A stretch of 64,000 bases of DNA from a virus (Duplodnaviria > Heunggongvirae > Uroviricota > Caudoviricetes), in IMG/VR virus record IMGVR_UViG_2622736468_000003. One strand, given 5' to 3'. Below, piece after piece: positions 47,176 through 58,209 of this stretch. The position numbers and the translations under genes are program-made. Within the stretch, counting starts at the first letter, position 1. Each line of letters opens with the position of its first letter. A model generated the notes under the pieces. It ran no database searches. It was not told the DNA's origin and saw nothing but the letters and a program-made list of their open reading frames with translations.

Positions 47176-48441
47176 ATGAGCGGATTTGCACAGGGTTTAC
47201 TTGCCGGATTCAGCACGGTTGACCAGGCAATGACCCGTCGTAAGGAACTTGGTTTGCGAGAAGCACAGCTTGCTCAACAACAGAAAAATAACGAGCGCGA
47301 TTTTGAATTTGCACAGTCGCAGTTTGAACATAATAAAGACGTTGATCAGCGGAACTTTGATTACAGAGCCAAAGTCGACGACCGTAATTATGCACTGCAG
47401 GAAAGGGAGTTTAACGCCAACCAGAATTACCGGAATGCGTCGCTGGGTATGGAGCAGCAGCGACTCCGGATGCAGAAATACAACCAGCGACGGCTTGAGT
47501 ATAACGATATGCTGGCGCGCGATCAGCCTGTGATGGCGGCGCTTGGAAAGGCTGTGGATGCTGGCGATCGGGATGCAGCAATGCGTCTTTACGGCCAGTT
47601 GTCAGAGGGTAATCCGCTGAGGCTGATGGCGAATGATGGCTATGTAGCGAAAGCGGGTCAGGCCGTGAACAACCTGCAAAAAATCTTTGATGACAAGCCA
47701 GACAGGGCTATCGCTTCACTTAATACGCCGGAGAATCTTGATGTCCTTTCCGGGGTGTTTGGCCCGGAACTGCAACAGCGTATTGGCATGCCCGATTCAA
47801 CCGGGAAAAAGACGATAAAAGAGGCCAGGATTGGCAGTATAGTACCGGCACAGCAGGAAGGGTACATACTTATCGGCCTTGATCTCACATACAGTGATGG
47901 CTCTACAGCACATAAACCCGTTACGGAATACGGCAGTGCACATCCTGATGATCAAACCGTGCTGGCGGTGCCTGTTGATAAGGCTGTTGAGCTTGTCAGG
48001 GATCGCAGTAAATTCGCGGAAATTTCGAAAAATTTCGGCTATTTCACGCCGAAGCAGCAGGGACTTTCTGCGGATCAACTTCAGAAAGGAGCCAGCCAGG
48101 TAGCGATAAAGGTTGCACAGGACGGCGGTGATGCGCAGGGAGCAGTGACGCAATATTATGCTTCGATGGGACTGCCGCAGTATCAGCAGCAAATTCAGCA
48201 GCAAAAAATTCAACAAGGGATTACCAGTTGGGCGGGTGATGATCCGGATAAGCAGGCATTTGCCAGAGAAGTGGCCTCCCGTCAGCCAGAAATGCTGGAG
48301 CCTCAGAATCAGAAATTGCTGGAACACGGGTATGCGAATTTTCTCCGTATTCAAAAGGCCAGGGGGGAACAGGCCAGGGATGATAGCGCGGCCTCTGCAT
48401 CTGAGTTTATCCGTGGTCTGAAACAGAATTACGCGCAGTAA
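47176..48441 (+). CDS. putative internal virion protein
   Basis: 421 aa, Gln-rich. Confidence 0.4.
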   Translation: MSGFAQGLLAGFSTVDQAMTRRKELGLREAQLAQQQKNNERDFEFAQSQFEHNKDVDQRNFDYRAKVDDRNYALQEREFNANQNYRNASLGMEQQRLRMQKYNQRRLEYNDMLARDQPVMAALGKAVDAGDRDAAMRLYGQLSEGNPLRLMANDGYVAKAGQAVNNLQKIFDDKPDRAIASLNTPENLDVLSGVFGPELQQRIGMPDSTGKKTIKEARIGSIVPAQQEGYILIGLDLTYSDGSTAHKPVTEYGSAHPDDQTVLAVPVDKAVELVRDRSKFAEISKNFGYFTPKQQGLSADQLQKGASQVAIKVAQDGGDAQGAVTQYYASMGLPQYQQQIQQQKIQQGITSWAGDDPDKQAFAREVASRQPEMLEPQNQKLLEHGYANFLRIQKARGEQARDDSAASASEFIRGLKQNYAQ

Positions 48442-48509
48442 TTCACCATTCCCGTTAATACTATTTCCTGATACCCGGTCATTGTGCCGGGTTTTTTTAT
48501 GGAGTCTGT

Positions 48510-51500
48510 ATGGCTTATTCCGATGAACAGCGCCCTGAAGCGCAATTTGGCAACCAGAGCCGCAACAGCCTGAACATTCAGCAGCCGGGAGAGACTGACA
48601 GCTATGATGTGTTTTTCTCCGATCCCAATCGCTGGAAGGACAACAGCACGTCGTTCAGCCTGGGCGATGTATTGCCAACTATGGGGAAAGGTGTCGCCCA
48701 GTCCGTCCGGGGGACAGGGGAAATGGCCCGTGGACTCGGTGATGCGATGATTCAGAGCCCGGTAAAAACAGGGGCACGTATTTTAAATGAGTTCAGCCGT
48801 ATGGGGCTGCCGGGAGTCGCAACTGTTCAGGATATTTTTGTCGGTGGCAGCAAGGGGGCGGATGAGGTCATCGACACTCTGCCTGATGGAAAAAATGCGG
48901 TTACTGATACTGTCGGTAAAGGTCTGAAGGTCACAGGCAAGGCAGTCAGTGGCGGCGCTAAAGCCTCGGATGAATGGCTGACTGGCAAGATGTCGCCGGG
49001 GGCGCAGCGGGCGCTGAATACACCGATGACTGAAGGATATGATGATTCAGCGGTCTGGGTAGCGAAAGGGGTTAACCTGATTGGTGCGCTTGTACCGGAT
49101 ATGGTTGCAGGCGGTGTGACTAAAAAGCTGGGTGATGTCACTCTGCGAAAAGTGCTGACCGCCGGGCTGGAGAAAAAATACATCGCGGCAGGGATGCAGC
49201 CGGAAAGAGCCACAGCACTGGCAGCCGAAGCTGTCGATAAAAAAATGCCGGATTTTTTCCAGGCAGGCCTGATCACCCATTCCACTGTCAGTGCGCAAGG
49301 GCGGAGTGCAATGGCAGCGGCAGATGCTGTTCTTAACGCGGATTATTCTGAGCTGGCGAAGTCACCGAAATTTCAGCAGACCTTTTTGTCAATTGATGCA
49401 GATCCGCAGCACGCGCAGCTTACTGACCGCCAGAAAATGGACCTGGCAAAAGAGCGTGTTGCCGATGAGGTGCGTGCGCAACTGGCAACCGATCCTGAAT
49501 TGCTGGCTGTGAATGCCATGGCGGCAAAACTGGGCGATGCTCAGTTGCTTAATCTGGCGATGCGGGGCACGGCGAAGACCGTTAAAAGCGGCATTGTCAG
49601 AAATGCCACGGAACAGGGGACGATTAATGCGGCGCAGGGTGGCTATTTACGCTATCAGGAAAACACGGCATTGCGTGAGACCGCCGGAATGGATGTGTCA
49701 CCGTGGGAGGGCGTGGCTGACGCAACGATCGAAGGTGCAGCCCTTGGTGCTGCAATGGGGGCACCATTCGGTGCGGCTGCCGGATATCGTGGAAAACGTC
49801 AGGCGGCAGATGAAGCAGCCATGCGTGAGGCTGAAAGCGTTCCTCAGGACGAATCGGCTCCGCAACCCGAACCGGTTGATCCGGTGGCACAGCATCGTGA
49901 ATCTATGCAGGGGATGAATCGCGAGCAGCTTCTGGAACAGTATGCTGATGCGGATATGGCACATGAGGGAGACACGTCTGCCGTTCATCGCCGGGAAGCC
50001 GCCAGCCAGCTGTTGAATGAACTGGATGAACAGGCGAAGCGACAGGCGGTGATGGATGAGCTGAAGGCGAAGCCGCGCCCTGAACTGCTTGAGGAATACC
50101 GAAAACTCAGCCAGAAGGAAGGGCGTACTGATACTGAAGAGCAGCAGTTACAGGCAATACGTGATGTGCTTCGCCCTCAGCGGGAGGCCAGACCGGAGGC
50201 ACAGCCACAGCCGGAAAATGCGGATGATGGCGACGGGAGTATTTACCCGACGGTGCGGTTCCGCGATCCGGATGAAGTTCGTATTGAAATTAACGAGAGT
50301 GGTGCGTCCAGACCAGCAGAACGCATTGAAAAGGTGCGTCCGGACAACCGTTATTTCACGGATGAAAAAAGTGCTCTGGGGAGCGACGTTTTCCGCAATG
50401 CCAGCGCCACCGGCCTGAAACCGTCCGTAGTGAAGAAAGGCGAGAATCAGTATGCCGTTGAAATGGATAATCCTGCGTTCTCTGAAGATGTGGCAACGGA
50501 GACCATTAACACTCTGGCTGACGGAGAGCGTATTACTGATGCTGATCCGATGGAACAGCCCGCGTTCATGCGTGACCCGCGATTCCGTGGTTTTACGGGG
50601 GATGATACAGAAGTGCAGGCCCGTCTTGCCCGTGGCAACGCGCCGACGGCGGAAGAACTGGTGCGTTCCCAGATGGCTGAAGGTGATGCCGGTCCGACAG
50701 CACAGGAGTTAACTGAGCGTCCACGCCTTCCCGCTCCCGGCGATATTCATCCCGGACAGGGATATCCGTTACCAGGAGAAGTAGCGCGTACGCCGGATGA
50801 AAATCAGGCCGGACGTGGTGGTCGTTTTACCACAACCGGTGAGGTGAAGGGCCAGAGTTTCCAGAAAGGACGTGCGCAGGCACCGGAAAATGCCGCTGGT
50901 CGCCAGGGGGAAATACTGGAGGGCGAAACAGTTCGTCGTGGTCTGCCGTCACCGGATGAGCAGAACGCCACAGCACCAGTGCGTGAAGGACTTCCTGCAC
51001 CTGAAAGTCAGCGTGGGGTTGATATGCCACAGCCTGAATCACTCCCTCGTATGGTTCGTGACTCCCTTCCGGAACTGGCACAGCAGGCAGAAGCACGCAG
51101 ACAGACCGGGGATAATCGCCAGACCATAACCGATGTTCCGGATACTGAGGTGCCGGTGCCGGTAGATAAACCGAGCACTCACCAGCAGGCGCGTGGTGCG
51201 AAAATTGAAGACTTTGGCGAGGAGATTAAGGGCGCGGCAAAACACCGTTATGCGCAGCTTGCTGAAGCTATGGGTAAAACGCTGGAGGATGGGGAGTACG
51301 CGACACAACCACTGAGCAAACTGTTTCCAAAGCCGGATTATGCCCGTCTGGAAAAAGAAGGTGTGGATAGTGACACGCTGGCAATGATGGCGTTGTATCG
51401 CAGTGAAATTCCCACCAGAACAAGCCGTAACATGCAGAAATGGATCAGCATTGTTAAAAGCGGTCGCGAAGCTACTGCCGGTATGCTGGAGGGGAAAATT

Positions 51501-54500
51501 CCGGCAGCGAAACTGGCTGATATGATGGACAGTAAGCCGGGGTTACGGAGCATGTCGGATACCTGGAAACTGCTCCGTACGCTTTCTGCATTGCAGATTG
51601 ATAAAGCATCCGGCTATCGTGTCAGGTCCGGTGTTTATTCGTTTGTCGGGGGAAAACGTTACGATCCGCCGCAAATGATGTATTCGCTTCGTGATAGCAA
51701 GGGGCGCGACCTCTTTTTCTCGGAAAGCCGGGATGAGTTACTGAAAAAGGCGAAAGCATATTTCGATGAACAAGGCTCCAGAGAAAGGGAAACGCCAGCA
51801 ACCTCTGCTGATGACAGAATAACCTTTGACGTGTACCGGCATAAGGCCAGTGGCGACATTTTTATCGGTTATGGCAAAAACAGGCAGAAACTGAAGGGCG
51901 GTTTTGAGTCTGCCCGTGATGCACATGATTATGTGCGCACACATCGTGATGAGCTGGTTAATCAGGTGAAGGCGCTGCGTGAAGTCTCGCGTGAGGAGCA
52001 GCGTAACGCCACCAACCGCGATCGTACCGGACCAGAACGCCGCAAGGGGGATGTTTCGCCGGAGCAGTTCAGTGATGCGTTTGGTTTTCGTGGTGTGCAG
52101 TTTGGTAATTATGTGGAAAGTCCGCGTCGTCAGGCTGATTTGAACCGGGCTTATGACTCGCTGCATGACCTGGCTGACGTGCTGAACGTGCCGACAAAAG
52201 CGCTTTCTCTGAACGGTCGTCTTGGGCTTGCTTTTGGTGCCCGTGGTAAGGGTAAGGCGGCGGCACACTATGAGCCGGGTGAGGTGGCAATCAACCTGAC
52301 AAAAGGTAACGGACCGGGGGCGCTGGCCCACGAATGGTTCCATTCACTGGATAATTATTTTGGTCGTTATGATGTTTCCACTGACGGGAAGATCACGTCA
52401 GGTGGCGACTATATGACGGAAGCACAGCGTGCCGGGCGCGTATTTAAAGACGGCAGGTATGTTGATGCGGAATATCCGGTACGTCAGGAGGTTTACGACG
52501 CGTTTAAAGGCGTGATGAAAGCCATTAACAGCAGTGACATGTTGCGTCGTTCTGAACGCCTGGATGGCGTTCGTTCAAAACCGTACTGGTCAACGGATGT
52601 TGAAATGGCGGCGCGAGCCTTTGAGCGTTATGTTCAGGATAAAGCGCGTATGGCTGGCGTGGAGAATGATTATCTGGTCAATATCCGTAAGGCGGATGAC
52701 CATGGACAGCCGGACACCTACGCTTATCCGACGAATGCAGAACTGGATGGCGGTATTCGTGAGGCATTCGATCACTTGTTCCGAACACTGAAAACCCGTG
52801 AGACGGACAAGGGAGTTGCGTTTTATTCCCGTAAGGGCGTGACCCGCACACCTGAAGGCAATCTGATTTCGGATGTTAACCGCAGTGCGGAAGCCAAAGG
52901 CAGTCCGGTCCCGCAGGTTGAAGCTGTTGCCCGTGGCGTGATTAGTGGCATTAAGGACAGTGACCTGAAGGTCCGCGTGGTGAAGTCACAGAAAGAGGCT
53001 GAAGCACTGGCGGGTGAATCATTCGACGGTTACGGCAAGGTGCACGCGTTCTATCGTCCGGATAAACGTGAAATTGTCCTGGTGGCGGATAACATCCCTG
53101 ACGGGCGGACCGTTCGCGAGAAGTTACGTCACGAGATTATTCACCATGCAATGGAGCATGTAGTCACGCCAGCGGAATATCAGACGATTATTAAGACCGT
53201 GCTGAAAACCCGTGACAGTGATAACGCCACCATCCGTGAAGCCTGGCGTAAGGTTGATGCGTCTTATGGTAAGGAATCACCGGAAGTGCAGGCGGGTGAA
53301 TTTCTGGCGCATATGGCAGAGAAGCAGCCGATTAAATTCGTGGCGGCATGGGAGCGTGTTGTTGCCCTGGTCAAAGGGGTACTGCGTCGTACGGGGTTAC
53401 TGAAGCCGACGGAACTGAACGATATCAGACTTGTTCGCGAAACTATTCGCACGTTAGGCCAGCGTGTGCGGGAAGGTTACACGCCGCGTGAGGATGGCGC
53501 GGACGCATCGTCTCAGTACTCCCGTAGCGGTAAGCCTGATCCGTTCAAAGTGCCGGAAGGTGAGGGCGAGCGTTATCGTGATGACCTTGCCAGAATGATG
53601 AAGTCTCTGCGCTCAACGGATTTAACGGTAAACATCGGGCGTACGCCGCCGGTATTGCGTCACCTTGGCGCACCAGATTTGCCGCTGGTTATCTCCCGCG
53701 ACACTGTGCGTAAGGCCACCAATGGTGTGAAACATGTGGTGCCGATGGATGTTATCGAGAGACTACCGGAACTGATGCACGATCCGGATGCAATTTACCG
53801 TTCCGCGACAGAAAGAAACGCGGTTGTGATGCTGCTTGATGCCGTGGATAAAAATGGTGATCCGGTGGTGTCAGCGGTACACATGAAGGCTGTCCGGTCG
53901 CGCCTGGAAATCAACAAGGTGGCATCTGTTTACGGTACGGAAAACGGGAAAAAACTGAAGAGTATGGAAATGACCGGTTTAACGTTGTACCGGAGAGAAA
54001 AATTAAGCCGCGATAACCTTCTGCACAGAGGGCTCCAATTGCCCAAAGGGGAACATTCTTATCGCGGCTCTGTTGATAAAATACTCTATCCTGAAGATAT
54101 TCGCAAGGGGCCGTATTACTCCCGCACCAGCAGTCTGACGCCGGAGGAGACAATTGCATCCCGTTTTGTTCGCCAGATGCAGGATAAATTCCAGGTGCTG
54201 AAGGCGGTGCAGGAGAATATCCGTAAAACTGGCGGAAAAATAGATGACAGCAATAACGCCTATATGGCTGAAGAACTCTTCCACGGGAAGGCGGAAAACG
54301 ACCTGAACGTAATGAAGGAGCGCTACGTTCAGCCGCTGGCCAAATTGCTGGCGGACTACAAAATTGCGCAGGCCGATCTGGATGAGTACCTCTACGCCCG
54401 TCACGCGCCGGAACGTAACGCGCATATTGCGAAAATCAACCCGAAAATGCCGGACGGCGGTTCGGGGATGACCAACGCGGAAGCGGCGGAAATCATGCAG

Positions 54501-56861
54501 CGTGTGCGTAACAGCGGCAAACAGGCACAGTATGACCGTCTGGCAGGGATTATTGACGATATGCTGGCCCGTCGCCGTGAGATTATCCGTGAGGCAGGAC
54601 TGGAAGAGAGCGGCGTGGTGGATGCCTGGCAGAAAGCCTACCGTTACTACGTCCCCCTGAAAGGGCAGGATGTTGACGGTGTGGTGTCACAGCCACGTAC
54701 AGGCAAGGGATTCACCATCGGCGGGCGTGAAAGTAAGCAGGCCATGGGGCGTGCATCCCGCGCACAGTCTCCTTCCACTCAGGCGATACAGGATTTGAGT
54801 GAATCGCTGATCCGCAATCGCAAAAATGAAGTGGGTAACGCCTTCCTGAAACTGGTACAGGATAATCCCGACAAGGATTACTGGCAGGTATTCACTGATG
54901 ACAGACCGGATACAATGCGTGTGATTGCAGAGCGCAAGGACCAGGAAACTGGTGAAACCATTCGCGAAGTTGTCGAGCGCCCTGTGCCGATGGCAATGAT
55001 GGCGGATCGCTACTTCACCACCAAAAAGGACGGCAAAACTTACTACATTAAACTTCATGATCCGCGCCTGATGCGTGCGATGAAGAACATGGGGCCGGAA
55101 ACCAGTAACGCCGTAATCCGTACGCTGGGGAAAGTTAACCGCTTCCTGGCAACGGTGAACACGTCGTATAACCCGGAATTTCTGGTCAGTAACTTCATCC
55201 GTGACGTGCAGACTGCGGTGATGAACCTGAAGGCTGAGCAGGGAAGAAGCGACGGCAAACTGAAAGGGCTGGATAACTTATCCGCGCTGGCTGTGGTGAA
55301 AGACAGCCGTTCCGCCATGTCAGCCGTATACGCAAGTCTGCGGGGTAAAACCCTCACGGGCAAAGGCGCACAGTGGCAGAAAGTGTGGAAAGAGTTTGTT
55401 GAGGACGGAGGTAAAACCGGCTGGTTTAACATGGGGGACCTTGAAGGCCAGCAGAAGGAAATGGATCGCCTTGTGTCGCTGGCGAAGGGCGGATGGAAAG
55501 GCCAGAGTATCGGTGCATGGCATTCGTTCCTGAACCTGGTCGAGGATGCCAACGGCGCGGTTGAAAACGCTCTGCGTCTTTCTGCCTATAAACACGCCCG
55601 TGATGCCGGTTTGTCACGCCAGCAGGCGGCATCTCTTGCCAAAAACATGACGGTGAACTTTAACCGTCGTGGTGAGCAGGGAGCGCTGATGAACTCGCTG
55701 TATATGTTTGCCAACGCCAGCATTCAGGGGACCGCAAACCTGGTGAGAACGCTCGGACATCTTAATGGCGACGGGCCGTTACTGGAGCGCCTTCGCTGGA
55801 AGAATCTCAATGTACCGCAGAAAATCGCGCTTGCAGCTGTGGGAGCGGGTTATCTGCTTGGCTCGCTTAACCGCAGTGTGGCGGGTGAGGATGATGACGG
55901 GGTTAACTGGTACGACAAGGTGCCGTATCATGTGAAAGAGCGTAACCTCGTCATTATGAAATCGATGTTCGGGGGCAGGGCCGGAGAGTACTGGAGTATT
56001 CCTCTGCCTTACGGGTACAACGTTTTCTTCCTGCTCGGGCATACCTCTGAAGGTGTGGCTGCTGGTGACCTGACGGCGTCCCGTGCTGCCGGTAATGTTG
56101 TCGGTGGTATCCTGGGGGCATTCAGCCCGATTGGCAGTGAGACGTCGGAAACGCTGTCCGGGGCATTGCTGAAAAATGCAGCACCGACAATTCTGCGTCC
56201 GTTTGCGAATCTTGCCATGAACGAAAACTTCATGGGGGCGCAGATTTACCAGGAGAACATGCCGTTTGGTACACCAAAACCTGACAGCCAGCTGGGAAGA
56301 CGTTCAACGCCAGAAGCGTACAAGGCGTTTGCATTCTGGCTGAATGCGTTCTCAGGTGGCAGCCAGTATCGTCCCGGCGCGGTGGATATCACACCGGAAT
56401 CGCTGAAATTCTGGATTGACTATATCTCCGGAGGGACAGGGCGCTTCATTTCCAAAACCACGGATGCGGCGGTGAAATCGCTGAATGGTATTGATATACC
56501 GGAACAGCAGGTGCCCTTCCTGGGGAAAATTTCGGGTGAGGTGATGCCGTATGCAGACCAGCAGAAGATGTACGACCGGATGACAGAGGTTGCGCAGTAT
56601 CACGCAGAGCTGAAGAGTCTGACCGGTGCAGAAAGAACGGCGTTCATTGACGAGAACAACGGAAAATTGTTGATGAACGGGCTTATGCAGGATACCCGGA
56701 AGAGACTGAAGGATTTGCGCAAACAGCGCGATGCCATTTATGCCGACAGTTCTCTCAGTCTGGCGCAGCAGGCGGCGATGGTGAAATCGGTAGAGCGGGA
56801 TATGAAGGTTGCCGTGGATCGCTTTAACCGCGAGTACAACAAAAAAGTGGGAGTGGATTAA
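48510..56861 (+). CDS. giant (2783-aa) putative virion/ejection protein with two HExxH metallopeptidase-like motifs
   Basis: single uninterrupted ORF of 8.35 kb; motifs ALAHEWFHSLD and LRHEIIHHAMEH; last gene of the late block. Confidence 0.6.
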   Translation: MAYSDEQRPEAQFGNQSRNSLNIQQPGETDSYDVFFSDPNRWKDNSTSFSLGDVLPTMGKGVAQSVRGTGEMARGLGDAMIQSPVKTGARILNEFSRMGLPGVATVQDIFVGGSKGADEVIDTLPDGKNAVTDTVGKGLKVTGKAVSGGAKASDEWLTGKMSPGAQRALNTPMTEGYDDSAVWVAKGVNLIGALVPDMVAGGVTKKLGDVTLRKVLTAGLEKKYIAAGMQPERATALAAEAVDKKMPDFFQAGLITHSTVSAQGRSAMAAADAVLNADYSELAKSPKFQQTFLSIDADPQHAQLTDRQKMDLAKERVADEVRAQLATDPELLAVNAMAAKLGDAQLLNLAMRGTAKTVKSGIVRNATEQGTINAAQGGYLRYQENTALRETAGMDVSPWEGVADATIEGAALGAAMGAPFGAAAGYRGKRQAADEAAMREAESVPQDESAPQPEPVDPVAQHRESMQGMNREQLLEQYADADMAHEGDTSAVHRREAASQLLNELDEQAKRQAVMDELKAKPRPELLEEYRKLSQKEGRTDTEEQQLQAIRDVLRPQREARPEAQPQPENADDGDGSIYPTVRFRDPDEVRIEINESGASRPAERIEKVRPDNRYFTDEKSALGSDVFRNASATGLKPSVVKKGENQYAVEMDNPAFSEDVATETINTLADGERITDADPMEQPAFMRDPRFRGFTGDDTEVQARLARGNAPTAEELVRSQMAEGDAGPTAQELTERPRLPAPGDIHPGQGYPLPGEVARTPDENQAGRGGRFTTTGEVKGQSFQKGRAQAPENAAGRQGEILEGETVRRGLPSPDEQNATAPVREGLPAPESQRGVDMPQPESLPRMVRDSLPELAQQAEARRQTGDNRQTITDVPDTEVPVPVDKPSTHQQARGAKIEDFGEEIKGAAKHRYAQLAEAMGKTLEDGEYATQPLSKLFPKPDYARLEKEGVDSDTLAMMALYRSEIPTRTSRNMQKWISIVKSGREATAGMLEGKIPAAKLADMMDSKPGLRSMSDTWKLLRTLSALQIDKASGYRVRSGVYSFVGGKRYDPPQMMYSLRDSKGRDLFFSESRDELLKKAKAYFDEQGSRERETPATSADDRITFDVYRHKASGDIFIGYGKNRQKLKGGFESARDAHDYVRTHRDELVNQVKALREVSREEQRNATNRDRTGPERRKGDVSPEQFSDAFGFRGVQFGNYVESPRRQADLNRAYDSLHDLADVLNVPTKALSLNGRLGLAFGARGKGKAAAHYEPGEVAINLTKGNGPGALAHEWFHSLDNYFGRYDVSTDGKITSGGDYMTEAQRAGRVFKDGRYVDAEYPVRQEVYDAFKGVMKAINSSDMLRRSERLDGVRSKPYWSTDVEMAARAFERYVQDKARMAGVENDYLVNIRKADDHGQPDTYAYPTNAELDGGIREAFDHLFRTLKTRETDKGVAFYSRKGVTRTPEGNLISDVNRSAEAKGSPVPQVEAVARGVISGIKDSDLKVRVVKSQKEAEALAGESFDGYGKVHAFYRPDKREIVLVADNIPDGRTVREKLRHEIIHHAMEHVVTPAEYQTIIKTVLKTRDSDNATIREAWRKVDASYGKESPEVQAGEFLAHMAEKQPIKFVAAWERVVALVKGVLRRTGLLKPTELNDIRLVRETIRTLGQRVREGYTPREDGADASSQYSRSGKPDPFKVPEGEGERYRDDLARMMKSLRSTDLTVNIGRTPPVLRHLGAPDLPLVISRDTVRKATNGVKHVVPMDVIERLPELMHDPDAIYRSATERNAVVMLLDAVDKNGDPVVSAVHMKAVRSRLEINKVASVYGTENGKKLKSMEMTGLTLYRREKLSRDNLLHRGLQLPKGEHSYRGSVDKILYPEDIRKGPYYSRTSSLTPEETIASRFVRQMQDKFQVLKAVQENIRKTGGKIDDSNNAYMAEELFHGKAENDLNVMKERYVQPLAKLLADYKIAQADLDEYLYARHAPERNAHIAKINPKMPDGGSGMTNAEAAEIMQRVRNSGKQAQYDRLAGIIDDMLARRREIIREAGLEESGVVDAWQKAYRYYVPLKGQDVDGVVSQPRTGKGFTIGGRESKQAMGRASRAQSPSTQAIQDLSESLIRNRKNEVGNAFLKLVQDNPDKDYWQVFTDDRPDTMRVIAERKDQETGETIREVVERPVPMAMMADRYFTTKKDGKTYYIKLHDPRLMRAMKNMGPETSNAVIRTLGKVNRFLATVNTSYNPEFLVSNFIRDVQTAVMNLKAEQGRSDGKLKGLDNLSALAVVKDSRSAMSAVYASLRGKTLTGKGAQWQKVWKEFVEDGGKTGWFNMGDLEGQQKEMDRLVSLAKGGWKGQSIGAWHSFLNLVEDANGAVENALRLSAYKHARDAGLSRQQAASLAKNMTVNFNRRGEQGALMNSLYMFANASIQGTANLVRTLGHLNGDGPLLERLRWKNLNVPQKIALAAVGAGYLLGSLNRSVAGEDDDGVNWYDKVPYHVKERNLVIMKSMFGGRAGEYWSIPLPYGYNVFFLLGHTSEGVAAGDLTASRAAGNVVGGILGAFSPIGSETSETLSGALLKNAAPTILRPFANLAMNENFMGAQIYQENMPFGTPKPDSQLGRRSTPEAYKAFAFWLNAFSGGSQYRPGAVDITPESLKFWIDYISGGTGRFISKTTDAAVKSLNGIDIPEQQVPFLGKISGEVMPYADQQKMYDRMTEVAQYHAELKSLTGAERTAFIDENNGKLLMNGLMQDTRKRLKDLRKQRDAIYADSSLSLAQQAAMVKSVERDMKVAVDRFNREYNKKVGVD

Positions 56862-56984
56862 CAGAAATGGCCCCGTACGGAAGTGCGGGGCTGATTAAGA
56901 GATAAACACACATTAACCTGTAATAACCGGAGCTATTAACATATAGTCAGAAAGAGTATTTCATGTGAGACAGAGAGCCGATTT

Positions 56985-57176
56985 ATGTTTAATGAAGAAA
57001 AAGTTGCGCAAATGGCAGCGTATTTGCTGAAAAAGCATGGCGGATCTATGCGTTTCATTAAGCTGATGAAGCTGATGTATCTCTCTGACCGCAAAGCAAT
57101 GGAGTCTTTAACCGGGAAGGGGAGAGGTTTGAATGCTCCCCCACAATTCCCCGGCATCAAATCTCCATGCAGGTGA
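56985..57176 (+). pseudogene. N-terminal remnant of a DUF4065 (Panacea-domain)-like gene
   Basis: MFNEEKVAQMAAYLLKKHGGSMRFIKLMKLMYLSDR resembles the N-terminus of that family as recalled; truncated at 63 codons. Confidence 0.3.
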
Positions 57177-57262
57177 ACTATTTTACCCCCAGCGGCAAAT
57201 CGCAAAAACAATCAGTGCGATCGAAATGGCAGCCACTACAATTGCAAATGCTTCAGGCTAGG

Positions 57263-58207
57263 TCATTGGCGTACCTCCTTCGGCGGTTCTGGTAGCGGCA
57301 TCCAGTGGGTTACTTCTTTGAGATGCAGGTCTTCGCCATCACCGTCATCCCAAGTGGGATTGCCATCATTAAACCAGTCGCCATATACGCCGACCTGAGT
57401 GTTGGGGATGCTTGGTGGGTAGTTGTTTTTAAAGTCAGCTGCTAACACATAGTATTGTCGCTCTCCCATTTCTGGCATTCGATCACTACAGCTTATCCAA
57501 CCATCCGGAGTTACCGGAACTGGCGGAACGGCTGTTTGCTCTCGAACGTCATTAGTCGCTATCGGTTCTGCTGCCAACTGACTGGCATATTTGTTAATGG
57601 TAACGATAAGCTCTTGCTCAGCCTCATCCAGACAATCACCGATACCTCGCCTGTCACCGTCAAAATCATCGAAATCGGCACGAATCCTGGCAACCTTCAG
57701 GATTGCGGACAACACCTCACTAGGAATTGCCGGATAGTTGGTTGACGTTTCCGCGATTTCCCGAAAATTATTGGTTGACGAATTCTTGTTTTCCCGAAAG
57801 TTTCCGGACTGAAGCATGGCGGCGCGGCAGGCGTTCCATATTTCGGCAGCAATATCGCGCTCGCTATCGGTTAATTTGTACGTGGAAACATAGCCAGAGA
57901 GCATTTCTACGTTTTCCGGAGTTGCTTCTTCCGGCACTACCGGCGCTGGAGGGGCGGCGTAAATGCCCTCTATCACTAAATGTTTGCGCTCAAAATCATC
58001 TGGCTCTCGATGATATACGTAACTCCAATCACCAAGGTTATCATTGCGCCTGCAACGGAAACCTATCGGCTCGGCTTCCAGCGCTGCCAGAGCAATTCGT
58101 GCCAGTTCTTCCGCTTCTTCTGCTGGCAGTACAACGTTGCTACCAGGTCCGTATGTTTCGCGCCACTGCTGGATTGTCAGCAGGCGTTCTTTGGTAATAG
58201 TGGTCAT
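57263..58207 (-). CDS. DUF551-like phage protein (paralog of 11971..12555)
   Basis: shares GNFRENKNSSTNNFREIAETSTN and DGWISCSDRMP...WMPLPEPPKEVRQ modules. Confidence 0.55.
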   Translation of the reverse strand: MTTITKERLLTIQQWRETYGPGSNVVLPAEEAEELARIALAALEAEPIGFRCRRNDNLGDWSYVYHREPDDFERKHLVIEGIYAAPPAPVVPEEATPENVEMLSGYVSTYKLTDSERDIAAEIWNACRAAMLQSGNFRENKNSSTNNFREIAETSTNYPAIPSEVLSAILKVARIRADFDDFDGDRRGIGDCLDEAEQELIVTINKYASQLAAEPIATNDVREQTAVPPVPVTPDGWISCSDRMPEMGERQYYVLAADFKNNYPPSIPNTQVGVYGDWFNDGNPTWDDGDGEDLHLKEVTHWMPLPEPPKEVRQ

Positions 58208-58209
58208 AG

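Noticed and set aside
48827-56603. Numerous 60-200-aa ORFs on both strands inside the giant gene
   Set aside because: All are contained in the single 2783-codon frame; shadow ORFs
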